IMG/VR virus record: IMGVR_UViG_3300024284_000079
Coordinates: 1 to 32,309 of that record
DNA: 32,309 nt
Reading direction: 5' to 3' (one strand)
From: a virus
Lineage: Duplodnaviria; Caudoviricetes
Shown here: piece by piece, positions 1 through 7,812 of the stretch
Layout: each line of letters begins with the position of its first letter
Numbering within the stretch: the first letter of the stretch is position 1
The notes under the pieces: model-generated
Seen by the model: the letters and a program-made list of their open reading frames with translations, nothing else
The model's database searches: none
Told to the model about the DNA's origin: nothing
Translations under genes and position numbers: made by a program

Positions 1-124
1 TCCCGGTCTGCTGTTCGCACGAGCCGAGCGAGTGCCGAGGGTGCGCGTACGAACAGCAGACCGGGATCCGCCGCTGTCCGCTGCACTCGCCGGCGGCGTA
101 AGGCCTAGTTGCGCAGCGGTCGCC

Positions 125-147
125 GCTATACTAGGTTGTAGTATGGC
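125..147 (+). promoter_or_regulatory. parDE promoter -10 box with overlapping inverted-repeat operator
   Basis: TATACT at 127-132. Inverted repeat GCTATACTA-ggttg-TAGTATGGC (8/9 match) covers the -10 box and the ATG at 143, as expected for antitoxin autorepression. Confidence 0.6.
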
Positions 148-412
148 AAGAACTACCAGCTTCATTCTCGGCGACGAGCTCGACGCGTTCATCGCAGCAC
201 AGGTCAGCGCAGGTCACTTTGCGACAGCGAGCGACGTGATCCGAGCGGCGCTCGAGCGCCTTGCGGATCAAGAGCGCAAGCTTGAGTGGGTGCATGCTGC
301 CCTTGACGAAGGCCTCGCGAGCGGTGCGCCGCGAGAGGGCGCTTTCGAGCGCGTCTTGAAGCGGCTCGAGGGGCTCGAGCGTGGCGAGCAGCGGAAGGCG
401 GCGGCGAAGTGA
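143..412 (+). CDS. parD: Type II antitoxin, ParD family (RHH)
   Basis: MARTTSFILGDELDAFIAAQVSAGHFATASDVIRAAL...AALDEGLASG matches the ParD (CC2985-type) pattern. Start moved to ATG 143. GTGA overlap with the toxin gene. Confidence 0.9.
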   Translation: MARTTSFILGDELDAFIAAQVSAGHFATASDVIRAALERLADQERKLEWVHAALDEGLASGAPREGAFERVLKRLEGLERGEQRKAAAK

Positions 413-696
413 GGGTGCGATACAGGCCTCGAGCCGAGGCCGATCTCGAAGGCATCGCGGTCTACACGAGGCAAGAGTGGGGCCACGCACAAGCGGTGTT
501 GTACCTAACGCAGTTGCGCGAGACGTGTGAGCGGATGTTGCCGGAGCACTATCGACTAGCGCGGCCGTTGGCCGAGCGCCCTGACGTGCTGCGGTGGCGC
601 TGTGAGCGGCACGTGATCTACTTCATGCGCGACGCCGAAGGCCTCGACGTCGTGCGCATTCTGCATGAGCGTATGTTGCCGGGGTTGCATCTATGA
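409..696 (+). CDS. parE: Type II toxin, ParE/RelE family
   Basis: AEADLEGIAVYTRQEWGHAQAVLY...HVIYF...VVRILHERM is the ParE signature. Coupled to parD. Confidence 0.92.
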   Translation: MRVRYRPRAEADLEGIAVYTRQEWGHAQAVLYLTQLRETCERMLPEHYRLARPLAERPDVLRWRCERHVIYFMRDAEGLDVVRILHERMLPGLHL

Positions 697-956
697 CAAT
701 CGAGAATGGGATCGGCTACTACACGCGTTGCCTGCACTGCTACTCGCGAGAGGCGCTCGAGGGCGCCGACGTGCGGCTCGCCGAGCGCGTCCTCGAGGGC
801 AACCTCAAGACTGCCGCCGCCCTCGGGTGGCTGCAGTCGGCGGTCGAGCGGCTCGCCGACCCTACAGTCGTTTGGAAGCTATGCCGGCAGCACGCAGCCG
901 CACAGCGCGCAGCGCGAGCCGTTTACGACGGCAAAGGCGAGGGGCGCTTGAGCTAG
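693..956 (+). CDS. Small hypothetical protein, possible Zn-binding
   Basis: ATGA overlap with parE. CLHC and CRQH motifs. Confidence 0.6.
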   Translation: MTIENGIGYYTRCLHCYSREALEGADVRLAERVLEGNLKTAAALGWLQSAVERLADPTVVWKLCRQHAAAQRAARAVYDGKGEGRLS

Positions 957-1225
957 AGCGCGCGACGCCATGCGACAGCGAGGGCCTCGAGCGTGTCGAG
1001 GGGAGCTGCGCCGGTGTCGACGAGACACGCTCCGTCGTCCTCGAGGTCGAAGCTGCCGGCGGCGAGCTTGGGCCTCGCCTCGCTGCCGGCGCCCTCGTGC
1101 GGCATGCGGCCGAGCAAGAGCCAGCGAAAGCAACGCCGGCCGTTGCGCCCTCGCTGCGGGTCGATGTCGACGTGCGCGACTCTCCCGTGTGGGAGCTGCA
1201 GCCACGCTGTGCGGCGGTATGGCAT
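953..1225 (-). CDS. Hypothetical protein
   Basis: Plausible composition. Extended -10 (TGG-TAACCT, 1232-1240) lies 6 nt before the ATG. Confidence 0.5.
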   Translation of the reverse strand: MPYRRTAWLQLPHGRVAHVDIDPQRGRNGRRCFRWLLLGRMPHEGAGSEARPKLAAGSFDLEDDGACLVDTGAAPLDTLEALAVAWRRAL

Positions 1226-1389
1226 GCGGTGAGGTTACCAGCGGAGGGCGGCGCGGTGGAACTTGCGAGGCTCGAGCGTCGCGGCTATCGTCGCCATGCT
1301 CTCGAGCTCGGCCCCATTGGAGCGAAATAGCCGCTGCAGCGGTCGCTCGAGTCAAGCAGTAACTTCCGAGCTCGAGGGCGTGTGTATGG

Positions 1390-1620
1390 GTGATCAAGTT
1401 TGGCAACGGTGCGGACGAGTGCCACACAGCGATCGAGGATGACTCGCCGACGCTGTGCTGCGCGGCGGTGTCGGCGACGGTGACGCATGCTGGCCGCACA
1501 TTCTGCTACTGCTCGAGGGCGTGCCTCGAAGCGGACGCCGAGCGGCGAGCGTACGGCAGCGAGGATGCCGAGCAGTTACAGCGCGTCGGGTTCGTCGACG
1601 AGGCCGTGCGCCGGCCGTAG
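1390..1620 (+). CDS. Small Cys-rich protein with YHS/TRASH-like motif
   Basis: HAGRTFCYCSRACLEA resembles the YHS/TRASH G-x-T-[YF]-x-[FY]-CSxxC pattern. Confidence 0.45.
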   Translation: MIKFGNGADECHTAIEDDSPTLCCAAVSATVTHAGRTFCYCSRACLEADAERRAYGSEDAEQLQRVGFVDEAVRRP

Positions 1621-1875
1621 CGCCGTCGGCGTGCGCCGAGCTTGCGCGTCGATGGTGCGCTGCGCGTACGTGGCGAGGCTCGCCGGCAGCGTGTAAGCGA
1701 GCGACGCGTCGACGATGAACGCGCCGACGACAGCGCCCTCGAGCTCGGTGTCGGTCGCATGCGCGAGCACGCAGCGAATGTCGCCGAGCTCGTCGGGGTC
1801 GGCGGTCCAGACGCGCACGCGTAGGGCGCCATAGTTGAGCGTGACGTCGGTGGTGCGGAAGGTGAACACGGGCAT
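1576..1875 (-). CDS. Hypothetical protein
   Basis: Protein-like composition and GC-rich third positions. Overlaps the convergent ORF by 45 nt. Confidence 0.5.
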   Translation of the reverse strand: MPVFTFRTTDVTLNYGALRVRVWTADPDELGDIRCVLAHATDTELEGAVVGAFIVDASLAYTLPASLATYAQRTIDAQARRTPTALRPAHGLVDEPDAL

Positions 1876-1885
1876 AGCGACGAGC

Positions 1886-2104
1886 CTAGCGCGGCGTCGA
1901 AGGCGTGCGGGGCGGAGCGAGCTCGGGCGGCGGTGGGCTTGCCCTGCGACGGAGCGCCTCGCGTGTCGTCTCCCATCGGTTGAGGCCGCCGCACCACGAG
2001 CGCAGCGGAGCGCCCCAGCAGAGGCCCTCGCTCGAGCAAACGCCGAGGATTAGGCCGCATTCGATGCATATCGGAGGCTTGCCGAGTGGGGGCTTGGGCA
2101 GCAT
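1886..2104 (-). CDS. Small Cys-rich hypothetical protein
   Basis: CIECG...C...C...C. TATGCT (2113-2118) lies 8 nt upstream of the ATG. Confidence 0.35.
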   Translation of the reverse strand: MLPKPPLGKPPICIECGLILGVCSSEGLCWGAPLRSWCGGLNRWETTREALRRRASPPPPELAPPRTPSTPR

Positions 2105-2172
2105 CGAGCGCGAGCATACGGCAGGTGTGCAAGAGTTTACATAAGGGTCCTTATCGGCTGTTGCTTTAGGCG

Positions 2173-2215
2173 CTCGAGCTCGTGAGCTCTAGAGCTCGAG
2201 GGCACAAGAGCACGA
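2173..2215. repeat. 8-bp-phased CnnG box array
   Basis: Boxes at 2173, 2181, 2189, 2197 and 2205. Bases 2193-2215 (AGCTCGAGGGCACAAGAGCACGA) are identical to 16996-17018. Confidence 0.75.
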
Positions 2216-2366
2216 CCATGGGAGCAGACGCACCGCAGTGAGTTGCCGCGCAGCGGCTGCTCACGAGGAGCGGAAACCCGCGGTAGGCGCTGGATGCCGC
2301 GAGGCTCGAGCGTTGCCGCTGTAGGCCGCTAGCGTGCAGGCCGGCCGCTGTGCGAGGCTCGGCGCC

Positions 2367-2666
2367 ATGCCGGACATGCGAGACATGCAGCGACGGTCGC
2401 AAGAATGCGCCGACTTTGGCGACGCTCTGCTCGAGACGATCGAGCAGAACTGCGCCGAGGCGCTCGAGCGCTATGCGGTGTGCGTCGTGGTGCACGAACG
2501 CGAGACGCACGGCGCGGCCTCGGCCTCGGCGCGGCTGCGCTCGAACGGCGAGCGGCAGCAGCTGTGCGAGGTGCTCGACGGTCTGCTGCAGCTGTTTGCG
2601 GGCGAGCTCGAAGCGCCCTACAGCAAGATCGATATTCGCGAGGTCGAGCCGGGCGGTGGCGAGTGA
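2367..2666 (+). CDS. Hypothetical protein
   Basis: Likely start MPDMRD at 2367. GTGA overlap with the next gene. Confidence 0.6.
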   Translation: MPDMRDMQRRSQECADFGDALLETIEQNCAEALERYAVCVVVHERETHGAASASARLRSNGERQQLCEVLDGLLQLFAGELEAPYSKIDIREVEPGGGE

Positions 2667-2983
2667 GCGAGGCGGTCGAGGCCGACGAGCAAGTCGAGCT
2701 CGCGGTCGAGCTCGCCACCAACGGCCTCGAGCTCGTCGAGCACATGGCCGAGCTCGCGCCGCCGGTGGGCCGGGTGTTCCCGGCCGGGGTGCTGTTTGTG
2801 GTGATCGCCTATGACCCGACGGAGGGCGGCGCGGCGGCGGTTGCCTCGTCGACGGTCGACGTCGAGCAGCTGCGGCGGGCGGTCGAGCACGCGCAGCGCG
2901 CGGTCGGCGTCGCCGCCAAGGTCGAGACGGCCGAGGCCTTGGTCGATGCGGCGTTTGCGAAAGCTCGCGAGCGCGAGCGCTAG
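2663..2983 (+). CDS. Hypothetical protein
   Basis: GTG start (MSEAVEADEQ) overlaps the upstream stop. The protein-like part of the 2405-2983 ORF begins here. Confidence 0.6.
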   Translation: MSEAVEADEQVELAVELATNGLELVEHMAELAPPVGRVFPAGVLFVVIAYDPTEGGAAAVASSTVDVEQLRRAVEHAQRAVGVAAKVETAEALVDAAFAKARERER

Positions 2984-3031
2984 AGCGCTAGAGCTCGAGG
3001 GCACTTGTGCTCGTGTGCCCTCGAGCTCGCG
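2964..3031. repeat. 8-bp-phased CnnG array containing a perfect 14-bp inverted repeat (possible bidirectional terminator)
   Basis: Nine boxes at 2964+8n. GAGCTCGAGGGCAC (2991-3004) and GTGCCCTCGAGCTC (3015-3028) sit between convergent genes. Confidence 0.75.
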
Positions 3032-3042
3032 GTGTCAGGCCG

Positions 3043-3765
3043 TCAGGTGAGGCCCCCAACCTCGGCGACGTAGGCCTCGGCGGCGGCCTCGAGCTCGGCC
3101 TCGGTGAGGTCGCTGACCGGGCGGCGGAGGTGGTTTGCGAGCGCGGTGGCGTGCTCGCCGGTCCACTCGCCGGACATGGCGACGTCGAGCTCGCCATGCG
3201 CGATAGCCTGCGCGCATGCCTCTTTGTCGGTCTGCGCGATGCGGCGGCCGAAGCGTCGGGCGAGCTGCCGAGTGTCGAGGCTCGCGGCCTCGAGCGCGTC
3301 GACGTAGTCGCGCCATCCCTGCTCGTGGTGCTCGTCGGCGCCGTCGAGGTAGGCCTCGAGCAGGTTGGGTGCCGTGATGCGGCCGGCGATGAGCTTGTCG
3401 AGGTCGGTGTGTACGTTGGCGTCGGTGAGGCCGACGGCGAATGCAGCGTCGTAGGCCGGCGCGGACAGCTCGACGCCGCCGAGGGTTATTTTTGCGTTTG
3501 TCACAGTGGCACTCCGTTTGGGTTTAGGTTTGGGTACGAACGGCCGCCACTCCTCATAGAACCGTTTGCGCTCGGTGATGTCGTCGGTGATGGCGCAGCG
3601 GGCGGCGAACAGGGCGTCATATTCGGGGGTGTCTAGGGGGTATCGCAAGCTGAGCGTGAGCAGCGTGGCGAGGTGTGCCTCGAGCTTGAGCGTGTGCGCG
3701 GCGTAGCGCGCGGCGGTGGCCTCGACGTCGCCGAGCTCGAAGGGGGGTTCGTTGGGGTCGGTCAT
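3043..3765 (-). CDS. Hypothetical protein
   Basis: Start MTDPNEPP at 3765 with ATGA overlap. Possible second in-frame start at 3504. Confidence 0.65.
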   Translation of the reverse strand: MTDPNEPPFELGDVEATAARYAAHTLKLEAHLATLLTLSLRYPLDTPEYDALFAARCAITDDITERKRFYEEWRPFVPKPKPKRSATVTNAKITLGGVELSAPAYDAAFAVGLTDANVHTDLDKLIAGRITAPNLLEAYLDGADEHHEQGWRDYVDALEAASLDTRQLARRFGRRIAQTDKEACAQAIAHGELDVAMSGEWTGEHATALANHLRRPVSDLTEAELEAAAEAYVAEVGGLT

Positions 3766-3944
3766 GGCGCGAGCTCCGTTTCGGCGAGGATGCGGGCACA
3801 CTCGGCTCGAGCTCGGTGGTCGCCGGCGAGGGCGGCCTCGCATAGCTCGACGAGCTCCTCGTCGTGCCAGCCGGGTTCCGTCTCGCGGCGGGCGTGGGTC
3901 GCCATGGTTCGGAGCTCGTCGTTGGTGATGCTGTGCGTGTTCAC
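3762..3944 (-). CDS. Small hypothetical protein
   Basis: GTG start overlaps the upstream TGA, and its own stop overlaps the next ATG (coupled at both ends). Confidence 0.6.
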   Translation of the reverse strand: MNTHSITNDELRTMATHARRETEPGWHDEELVELCEAALAGDHRARAECARILAETELAP

Positions 3945-4297
3945 TTGGCGGCGTCCTTCCGTGCTGCGCGGCGGTGGGCGGCGAGGATCGGGTCGTCGCC
4001 GCTGTCGGCGGCCTGGATGGCGATGCGAGCGCCCTCGACGACGTCGCCGAGCGGGCAGCCGTTGCGGTAGGCCTCGGCGCGCAGCCATGCGGCCGTCTCG
4101 GCGCTGACGGTGATGGTGATGCGCTCACACTCGCGCTCGGAGGGCGGCCGGCCGCGAGGGCCTCGAGCTTGGTGCGCGTCGGTGATGGCCTGACGGCTGC
4201 ATCCGAGCTGCTGCCGAATCTCGCCGGGGGTCCGGCCGCAGTCGAGCAGCGTGCGAATAGTGTCTGCTTGTGTCCGTGCTCTCGTGTACTGAGTCAT
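3941..4297 (-). CDS. Putative DNA-binding protein (HTH + AT-hook-like + RHH-like)
   Basis: TPGEIRQQLGCSRQAITDA (HTH), PRGRPP, then RITITVSAETAAWLRAEA...LGDVVE (RHH-like). Confidence 0.65.
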   Translation of the reverse strand: MTQYTRARTQADTIRTLLDCGRTPGEIRQQLGCSRQAITDAHQARGPRGRPPSERECERITITVSAETAAWLRAEAYRNGCPLGDVVEGARIAIQAADSGDDPILAAHRRAARKDAAK

Positions 4298-4326
4298 GTG
4301 GTGCTCACTGGTTGGTGTTGGAACGA

Positions 4327-4367
4327 GCGAGCGGCGCCGAGGCGGGTCAGGCCTCGGCGCCGCTCGC
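4327..4367. other. Perfect 17-bp intergenic hairpin
   Basis: GCGAGCGGCGCCGAGGC-gggtcag-GCCTCGGCGCCGCTCGC. No U-tract. Confidence 0.75.
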
Positions 4368-4375
4368 GGTTGGCG

Positions 4376-5053
4376 TTAGAGAATCTCGACGCGGACTAGG
4401 GTGCAATGCTCTTTCACTTGCATCGCGGCCTCGAGCTTGGCCTCGTCGAGGTCGTAGCGCGACGAGCGCACAGCGAGCTCGTTGCGGCCTGCGTTGTCGT
4501 AGATGAAATACCAGCCGGTCGGGCTGCCGGTGACGCCCTCGAGGCAAATGGCGGCGTAAGCGTGGCAGTGTGCGCGGCAGCGCTCGTATGCCGCGCGTAG
4601 CTCGGGCGAGTTGGTCTCGAAGCGGATGAGGCCGGACAGCCAGCCGGCGACGATCTGCTTTTCGCGTGCCGTGCGGACACGCCAAGCGGTGTCGACCCAC
4701 TTGAGCTCGAGGCTCAGCGGTTTCGGCGCGACGTCGCGCACAGTGACTCGGCCTTTGACGCGTTTGGCGCTCGCGGTGATGGTCTTGGCGGCGGCGTGCA
4801 AGAGGGCCTCGAGCGTGTCGGTCGAGGTGAGCGGCCGGCTTGGGCCGAAGTGCAGGCCGTTGCGCTGGTTGTCGAAGCTGCCGCTCCAGCCGCCGATCGT
4901 GGTCGTGCCGTCTCGGCCCTCGGCGTGCGGGTAGTAGTTCACGAAGCAGCCGAGGGCTTTCCCGTTGTGGGCCTGCACGTTGTAGTCGAAGTGATGGTGC
5001 CCGCTGAGCAGGGCGCTTTCGATCTCTTGCAAGCTGAGGCCGAGGGTGGTCAT
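4376..5053 (-). CDS. Hypothetical protein
   Basis: Start MTTLGLS at 5053 with a GAGG SD and ATGA overlap. Globular composition. Confidence 0.7.
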   Translation of the reverse strand: MTTLGLSLQEIESALLSGHHHFDYNVQAHNGKALGCFVNYYPHAEGRDGTTTIGGWSGSFDNQRNGLHFGPSRPLTSTDTLEALLHAAAKTITASAKRVKGRVTVRDVAPKPLSLELKWVDTAWRVRTAREKQIVAGWLSGLIRFETNSPELRAAYERCRAHCHAYAAICLEGVTGSPTGWYFIYDNAGRNELAVRSSRYDLDEAKLEAAMQVKEHCTLVRVEIL

Positions 5054-5271
5054 GGCGACACCTCGTGCGCGCTCGAGGTGAGGGTTGCGTCGAGGCGAGC
5101 GCGCAGCGCGTCGAGCTCGGCGTCGTCGGTCGAGGCCTCGAGCTCGGCTGCTTGGGGGCGTGGCTCGCACGCGTCGGAAGCGAACGCGTGCAGGGTTAGC
5201 GCAGCGATGAGCAGAACGAGGCGAGGGAGCGTCATGGGCGCGGTGTCGATGGTATGTTTGATGCCGGACAT
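5050..5271 (-). CDS. Small protein with hydrophobic signal/TM segment
   Basis: LPRLVLLIAALTLHAFA. Coupled to the downstream gene. Confidence 0.55.
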   Translation of the reverse strand: MSGIKHTIDTAPMTLPRLVLLIAALTLHAFASDACEPRPQAAELEASTDDAELDALRARLDATLTSSAHEVSP

Positions 5272-5297
5272 GGTGACTAGTTCTCACTGTGTTCGAG

Positions 5298-5329
5298 GGC
5301 TCGCCGGCGGGTGACGCCGCCGGCGGGCC
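5298..5329. other. 13-bp intergenic hairpin
   Basis: GGCTCGCCGGCGG-gtgacg-CCGCCGGCGGGCC (one mismatch). Confidence 0.6.
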
Positions 5330-5402
5330 GTTGTTGCGTGACGTCGAGCGCTGAATCGCTCGCGGATGGCGCCGGCCGAGGCCGGCGCACACCGCCAACG
5401 TT

Positions 5403-5585
5403 TCACCAGGTGGCCGGATAGAACTCGAGCATGGACAGCTGAAGCTGAGCGACGAGCCAGGCGGTGCCGGCGCAGTGGCCGAGCCATTGCCGGGGCTTGG
5501 CGTAGTAGGCGAGCTGCCGAGCGGTGTGATGGCCGAGGGCGTGGGAGACGGCGGCGAGGCGGAAGGTTTCGAGGTCAAACTGCAT
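5403..5585 (-). CDS. Small hypothetical protein, first gene of the leftward operon
   Basis: Lies directly downstream of a good sigma70-like promoter. Confidence 0.5.
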   Translation of the reverse strand: MQFDLETFRLAAVSHALGHHTARQLAYYAKPRQWLGHCAGTAWLVAQLQLSMLEFYPATW

Positions 5586-5593
5586 GGAAGTGA

Positions 5594-5623
5594 AACCTAC
5601 GCTACAGCGTCGGCGCTGGTCAA
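5594..5623 (-). promoter_or_regulatory. Sigma70-like promoter of the leftward operon
   Basis: TTGACC (5618-5623), 18-nt spacer, TAGGTT (5594-5599). Palindrome ACGCTacAGCGT at 5599-5610. Confidence 0.55.
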
Positions 5624-5733
5624 GTCTTTATCGTCACGCAAAAACACTTCGCGGCACGATCCGAAGCGGAAAGCCTGGAAACCCTGCTCCCCGGGCGATG
5701 AGCAAACCTCGGCAATCGCAGCGTTTAGACGCT

Positions 5734-5793
5734 CGAGGGCACACGTGCTCAAGCGCCCTCGCGAGCGAGTGCGCGAGCTATCTTGCGTGCTCG
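5734..5793. repeat. 8-bp-phased box array upstream of parA (candidate operator/centromere)
   Basis: Eight consecutive boxes CGAG, CACG, CAAG, CTCG, CGAG, CGAG, CTTG, CTCG at 5734+8n. Confidence 0.7.
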
Positions 5794-5812
5794 AGCCTAT
5801 AGCGCCTAGACT
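5783..5812 (+). promoter_or_regulatory. Putative parA promoter
   Basis: TTGCGT (5783-5788), 18-nt spacer, TAGACT (5807-5812), then ATG 7 nt later with no SD. Confidence 0.55.
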
Positions 5813-5819
5813 CGAGCGC

Positions 5820-6524
5820 ATGGCATACACGATCGTTGTGGGTGGTCGGAAAGGCGGCGTCGGCAAGTCGACGATCGCGATAGGGCTCGCCGCCGAATGG
5901 CATCGGCGCGGGCGTGAGGTGCTGCTCGTGGATACCGATCCACAGCGGACGGTCGCAACGTGGGCAGCGCTCGCGGAGGAACTAGGGCACAAAGCGCCGG
6001 CGGTCCGGCAGCTCGAAGCGGCGAAGCTGGCGCGCACGCTGCCGCGCATGGCGGCGGCGTTCGATGTGACAATCGTCGACACGCAGCCGCGCGAGGCCGA
6101 GGTGCAGGCCTACGCGATGGCGGTCGCCGACTTTGCGCTGCTGCCGAGTCAGCCGGGCGCAACGGACTTGTGGGCGTTGTATCAGACCATGGAAGCGGTG
6201 TCGGCCGAGCTGCAGCGCCGGCCGGCGATGAGGGCGGGTCTGCTGCTCAACAGGATGCGGTCGCGCACGGTGGCAGCGCGCAACGCGCTCGAGCAGCTTG
6301 GCCGGCAGGGCGTCGCGTTGCTCGGCTCGAGGCTGAGCGAGCACGTCGAGCACGACTATGCGGTATGCGCCGGCCTCGGCGTGACGACCTATCAGCCGCG
6401 CTGTGATGCGGCTCGCGAAATGCGGCTGCTCTGCAACGAGCTCGAGGAAGCGAGCGGCGGGCGGCTCGTCGAGGATATCGAGACACTCGGCGCGGCCGAG
6501 CTCGCGGCGGCGGTGCGCGTATGA
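5820..6524 (+). CDS. parA: ParA family partition ATPase, short type Ib (ParF-like)
   Basis: Deviant Walker A KGGVGKST, LLVDTDPQ, IVDTQP. 234 aa with no N-terminal HTH. Start at ATG 5820. Confidence 0.93.
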   Translation: MAYTIVVGGRKGGVGKSTIAIGLAAEWHRRGREVLLVDTDPQRTVATWAALAEELGHKAPAVRQLEAAKLARTLPRMAAAFDVTIVDTQPREAEVQAYAMAVADFALLPSQPGATDLWALYQTMEAVSAELQRRPAMRAGLLLNRMRSRTVAARNALEQLGRQGVALLGSRLSEHVEHDYAVCAGLGVTTYQPRCDAAREMRLLCNELEEASGGRLVEDIETLGAAELAAAVRV

Positions 6525-6931
6525 GCGGCAAGGGGAAGCCGGCGGCAAGCGTGAGGCCGCCGCCGGCGGCTGCCGTGCAAGAGACGCTGCCGGGCGCCGA
6601 CGTGCCGGGCGCGTACCAGTGGGTCGGCAAGCGAGGCGACAAGCGTGGCCTCGTCACGCGCGCGCGGATGGCGCAGCCGGATAGGGTGATCGCGTACCTC
6701 GAGCAGGCGCTCGGCCGGCAGCTGCGGCAGCATTGTCTCGACACTCGCGCCGAGCTGAGCTCGACGGTCGGCAACGCTGTGCGGCTCTACCTGCGCAGCG
6801 GTGAGAGCCTGATCGATCCTGAGCTGCTCGAGCAGGTGAGGGCGACAGCGAAACGCATGGGCATGCACGAGCGCGACGCCGTCGCCGATGCGCTCGAGCA
6901 GTGGGTCGAGCGCAACACGCCGAGGCGCTAG
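6521..6931 (+). CDS. Putative centromere-binding protein (ParG-like) with two RHH-like units
   Basis: ATGA overlap with parA. Flexible N-terminal tail, then RVIAYLEQALGRQLRQHC...LSSTVGNAVRLYL and SLIDPELLEQVRATAKRMG...DAVADALEQWV. Confidence 0.7.
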   Translation: MSGKGKPAASVRPPPAAAVQETLPGADVPGAYQWVGKRGDKRGLVTRARMAQPDRVIAYLEQALGRQLRQHCLDTRAELSSTVGNAVRLYLRSGESLIDPELLEQVRATAKRMGMHERDAVADALEQWVERNTPRR

Positions 6932-7047
6932 GGCAGCGCCTCGAGCGCGCCCTCGCCCTGCTCGGCGAGGGTGCGCAGCGCGTGCCAGGTGTCGCGGACG
7001 GCGGCGGTTCGGGTAGCCGCTGAGCGCTCGTGTGCGTATAGTAGGCT

Positions 7048-7099
7048 CGGGTGCTCTTGGGCACTCGAGCGCGAGGGCACGAGTGCCCAAGAGCACGAG
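7048..7099. repeat. 8-bp-phased box array with perfect 17-bp inverted repeat downstream of the par operon
   Basis: Seven boxes at 7048+8n. GTGCTCTTGGGCACTCG (7051-7067) pairs with CGAGTGCCCAAGAGCAC (7080-7096). TATAGT at 7037-7042. Confidence 0.8.
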
Positions 7100-7116
7100 C
7101 GGGGAGGTGTGGTGTG

Positions 7117-7440
7117 ATGCTTTCGTTGGCTGAGCTCGAGGCGCGTGGTGTGGACGTCGAGCAGCGTGAGGTGCGCTCGTGGCGGCTGCGGCAGCGCGGG
7201 CCGTCGGGCGGCCGGCTTGGGGTGCGTGAGCTCGCGCAGCTCGTCGGCGTGAGCAGCTCGACGCTCGGCGACGTCGAGCGAGGCAAGCGGACGGCGAGCC
7301 ACGTGCTGCGCGTGCGGCTGTGGGCGCTCGTGCTCGGCGGTCCGCTCGATTGGAGTCGGCCGCTGCAGCCGCTCGCCAAGGCTCGCCGGCAGCGCTCGAG
7401 CGACCCAGCAGCGCGGCAAATGCTGCTGCCGTTCGCGTGA
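7117..7440 (+). CDS. XRE/Cro-type HTH transcriptional regulator
   Basis: LGVRELAQLVGVSSSTLGDVERGKR. GGAGG SD at 7103-7107. Confidence 0.82.
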   Translation: MLSLAELEARGVDVEQREVRSWRLRQRGPSGGRLGVRELAQLVGVSSSTLGDVERGKRTASHVLRVRLWALVLGGPLDWSRPLQPLAKARRQRSSDPAARQMLLPFA

Positions 7441-7455
7441 TCCGTCGGTGATCCG

Positions 7456-7499
7456 CTTGGGCGCTCGAGTGCACGAGCTCGAGTGCCCTCGTGCCCTCG
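7456..7499. repeat. 8-bp-phased box array
   Basis: CTTG, CTCG, CACG, CGAG, CTCG, CTCG at 7456+8n. Confidence 0.7.
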
Positions 7500-7545
7500 T
7501 GCGCCGAGTTGACGGCGCCGGCGGCGGCGTGCCACGGGTGCGGGC

Positions 7546-7812
7546 ATGAGCGAAATGGTCTTGAGCGAGCCGGTCGAGGCGGCGATCCGCAAGCTAGGCG
7601 AGGTGTACCGCTTCCGGCGCCGCACGCTCGCACGGCAGGGGAGGGCGGCGCACCAGGTGTCGAGCGACGAGCTCGTCAGGGCGCTCGAGCTGGCGTGCGT
7701 GGCGCTGCGGCTGCAGCCGCTCGAGCTCGGCGAGCTCGAGCTCGAGGCCGAGCTCGAAGCGGGGCGCGAGGTGATGCTCGGCCCTCCGCTTGCGGGGCCT
7801 GCGGGGCACTAG
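7546..7812 (+). CDS. Hypothetical protein
   Basis: Helical, protein-like ORF. Stop overlaps that of the convergent ORF. Confidence 0.55.
   Translation: MSEMVLSEPVEAAIRKLGEVYRFRRRTLARQGRAAHQVSSDELVRALELACVALRLQPLELGELELEAELEAGREVMLGPPLAGPAGH

Noticed and set aside
5475-5819. N-terminal extension of ParA (349 aa ORF)
   Set aside because: It overlaps a divergent gene, two promoters and the box array. ParA similarity starts at ATG 5820.
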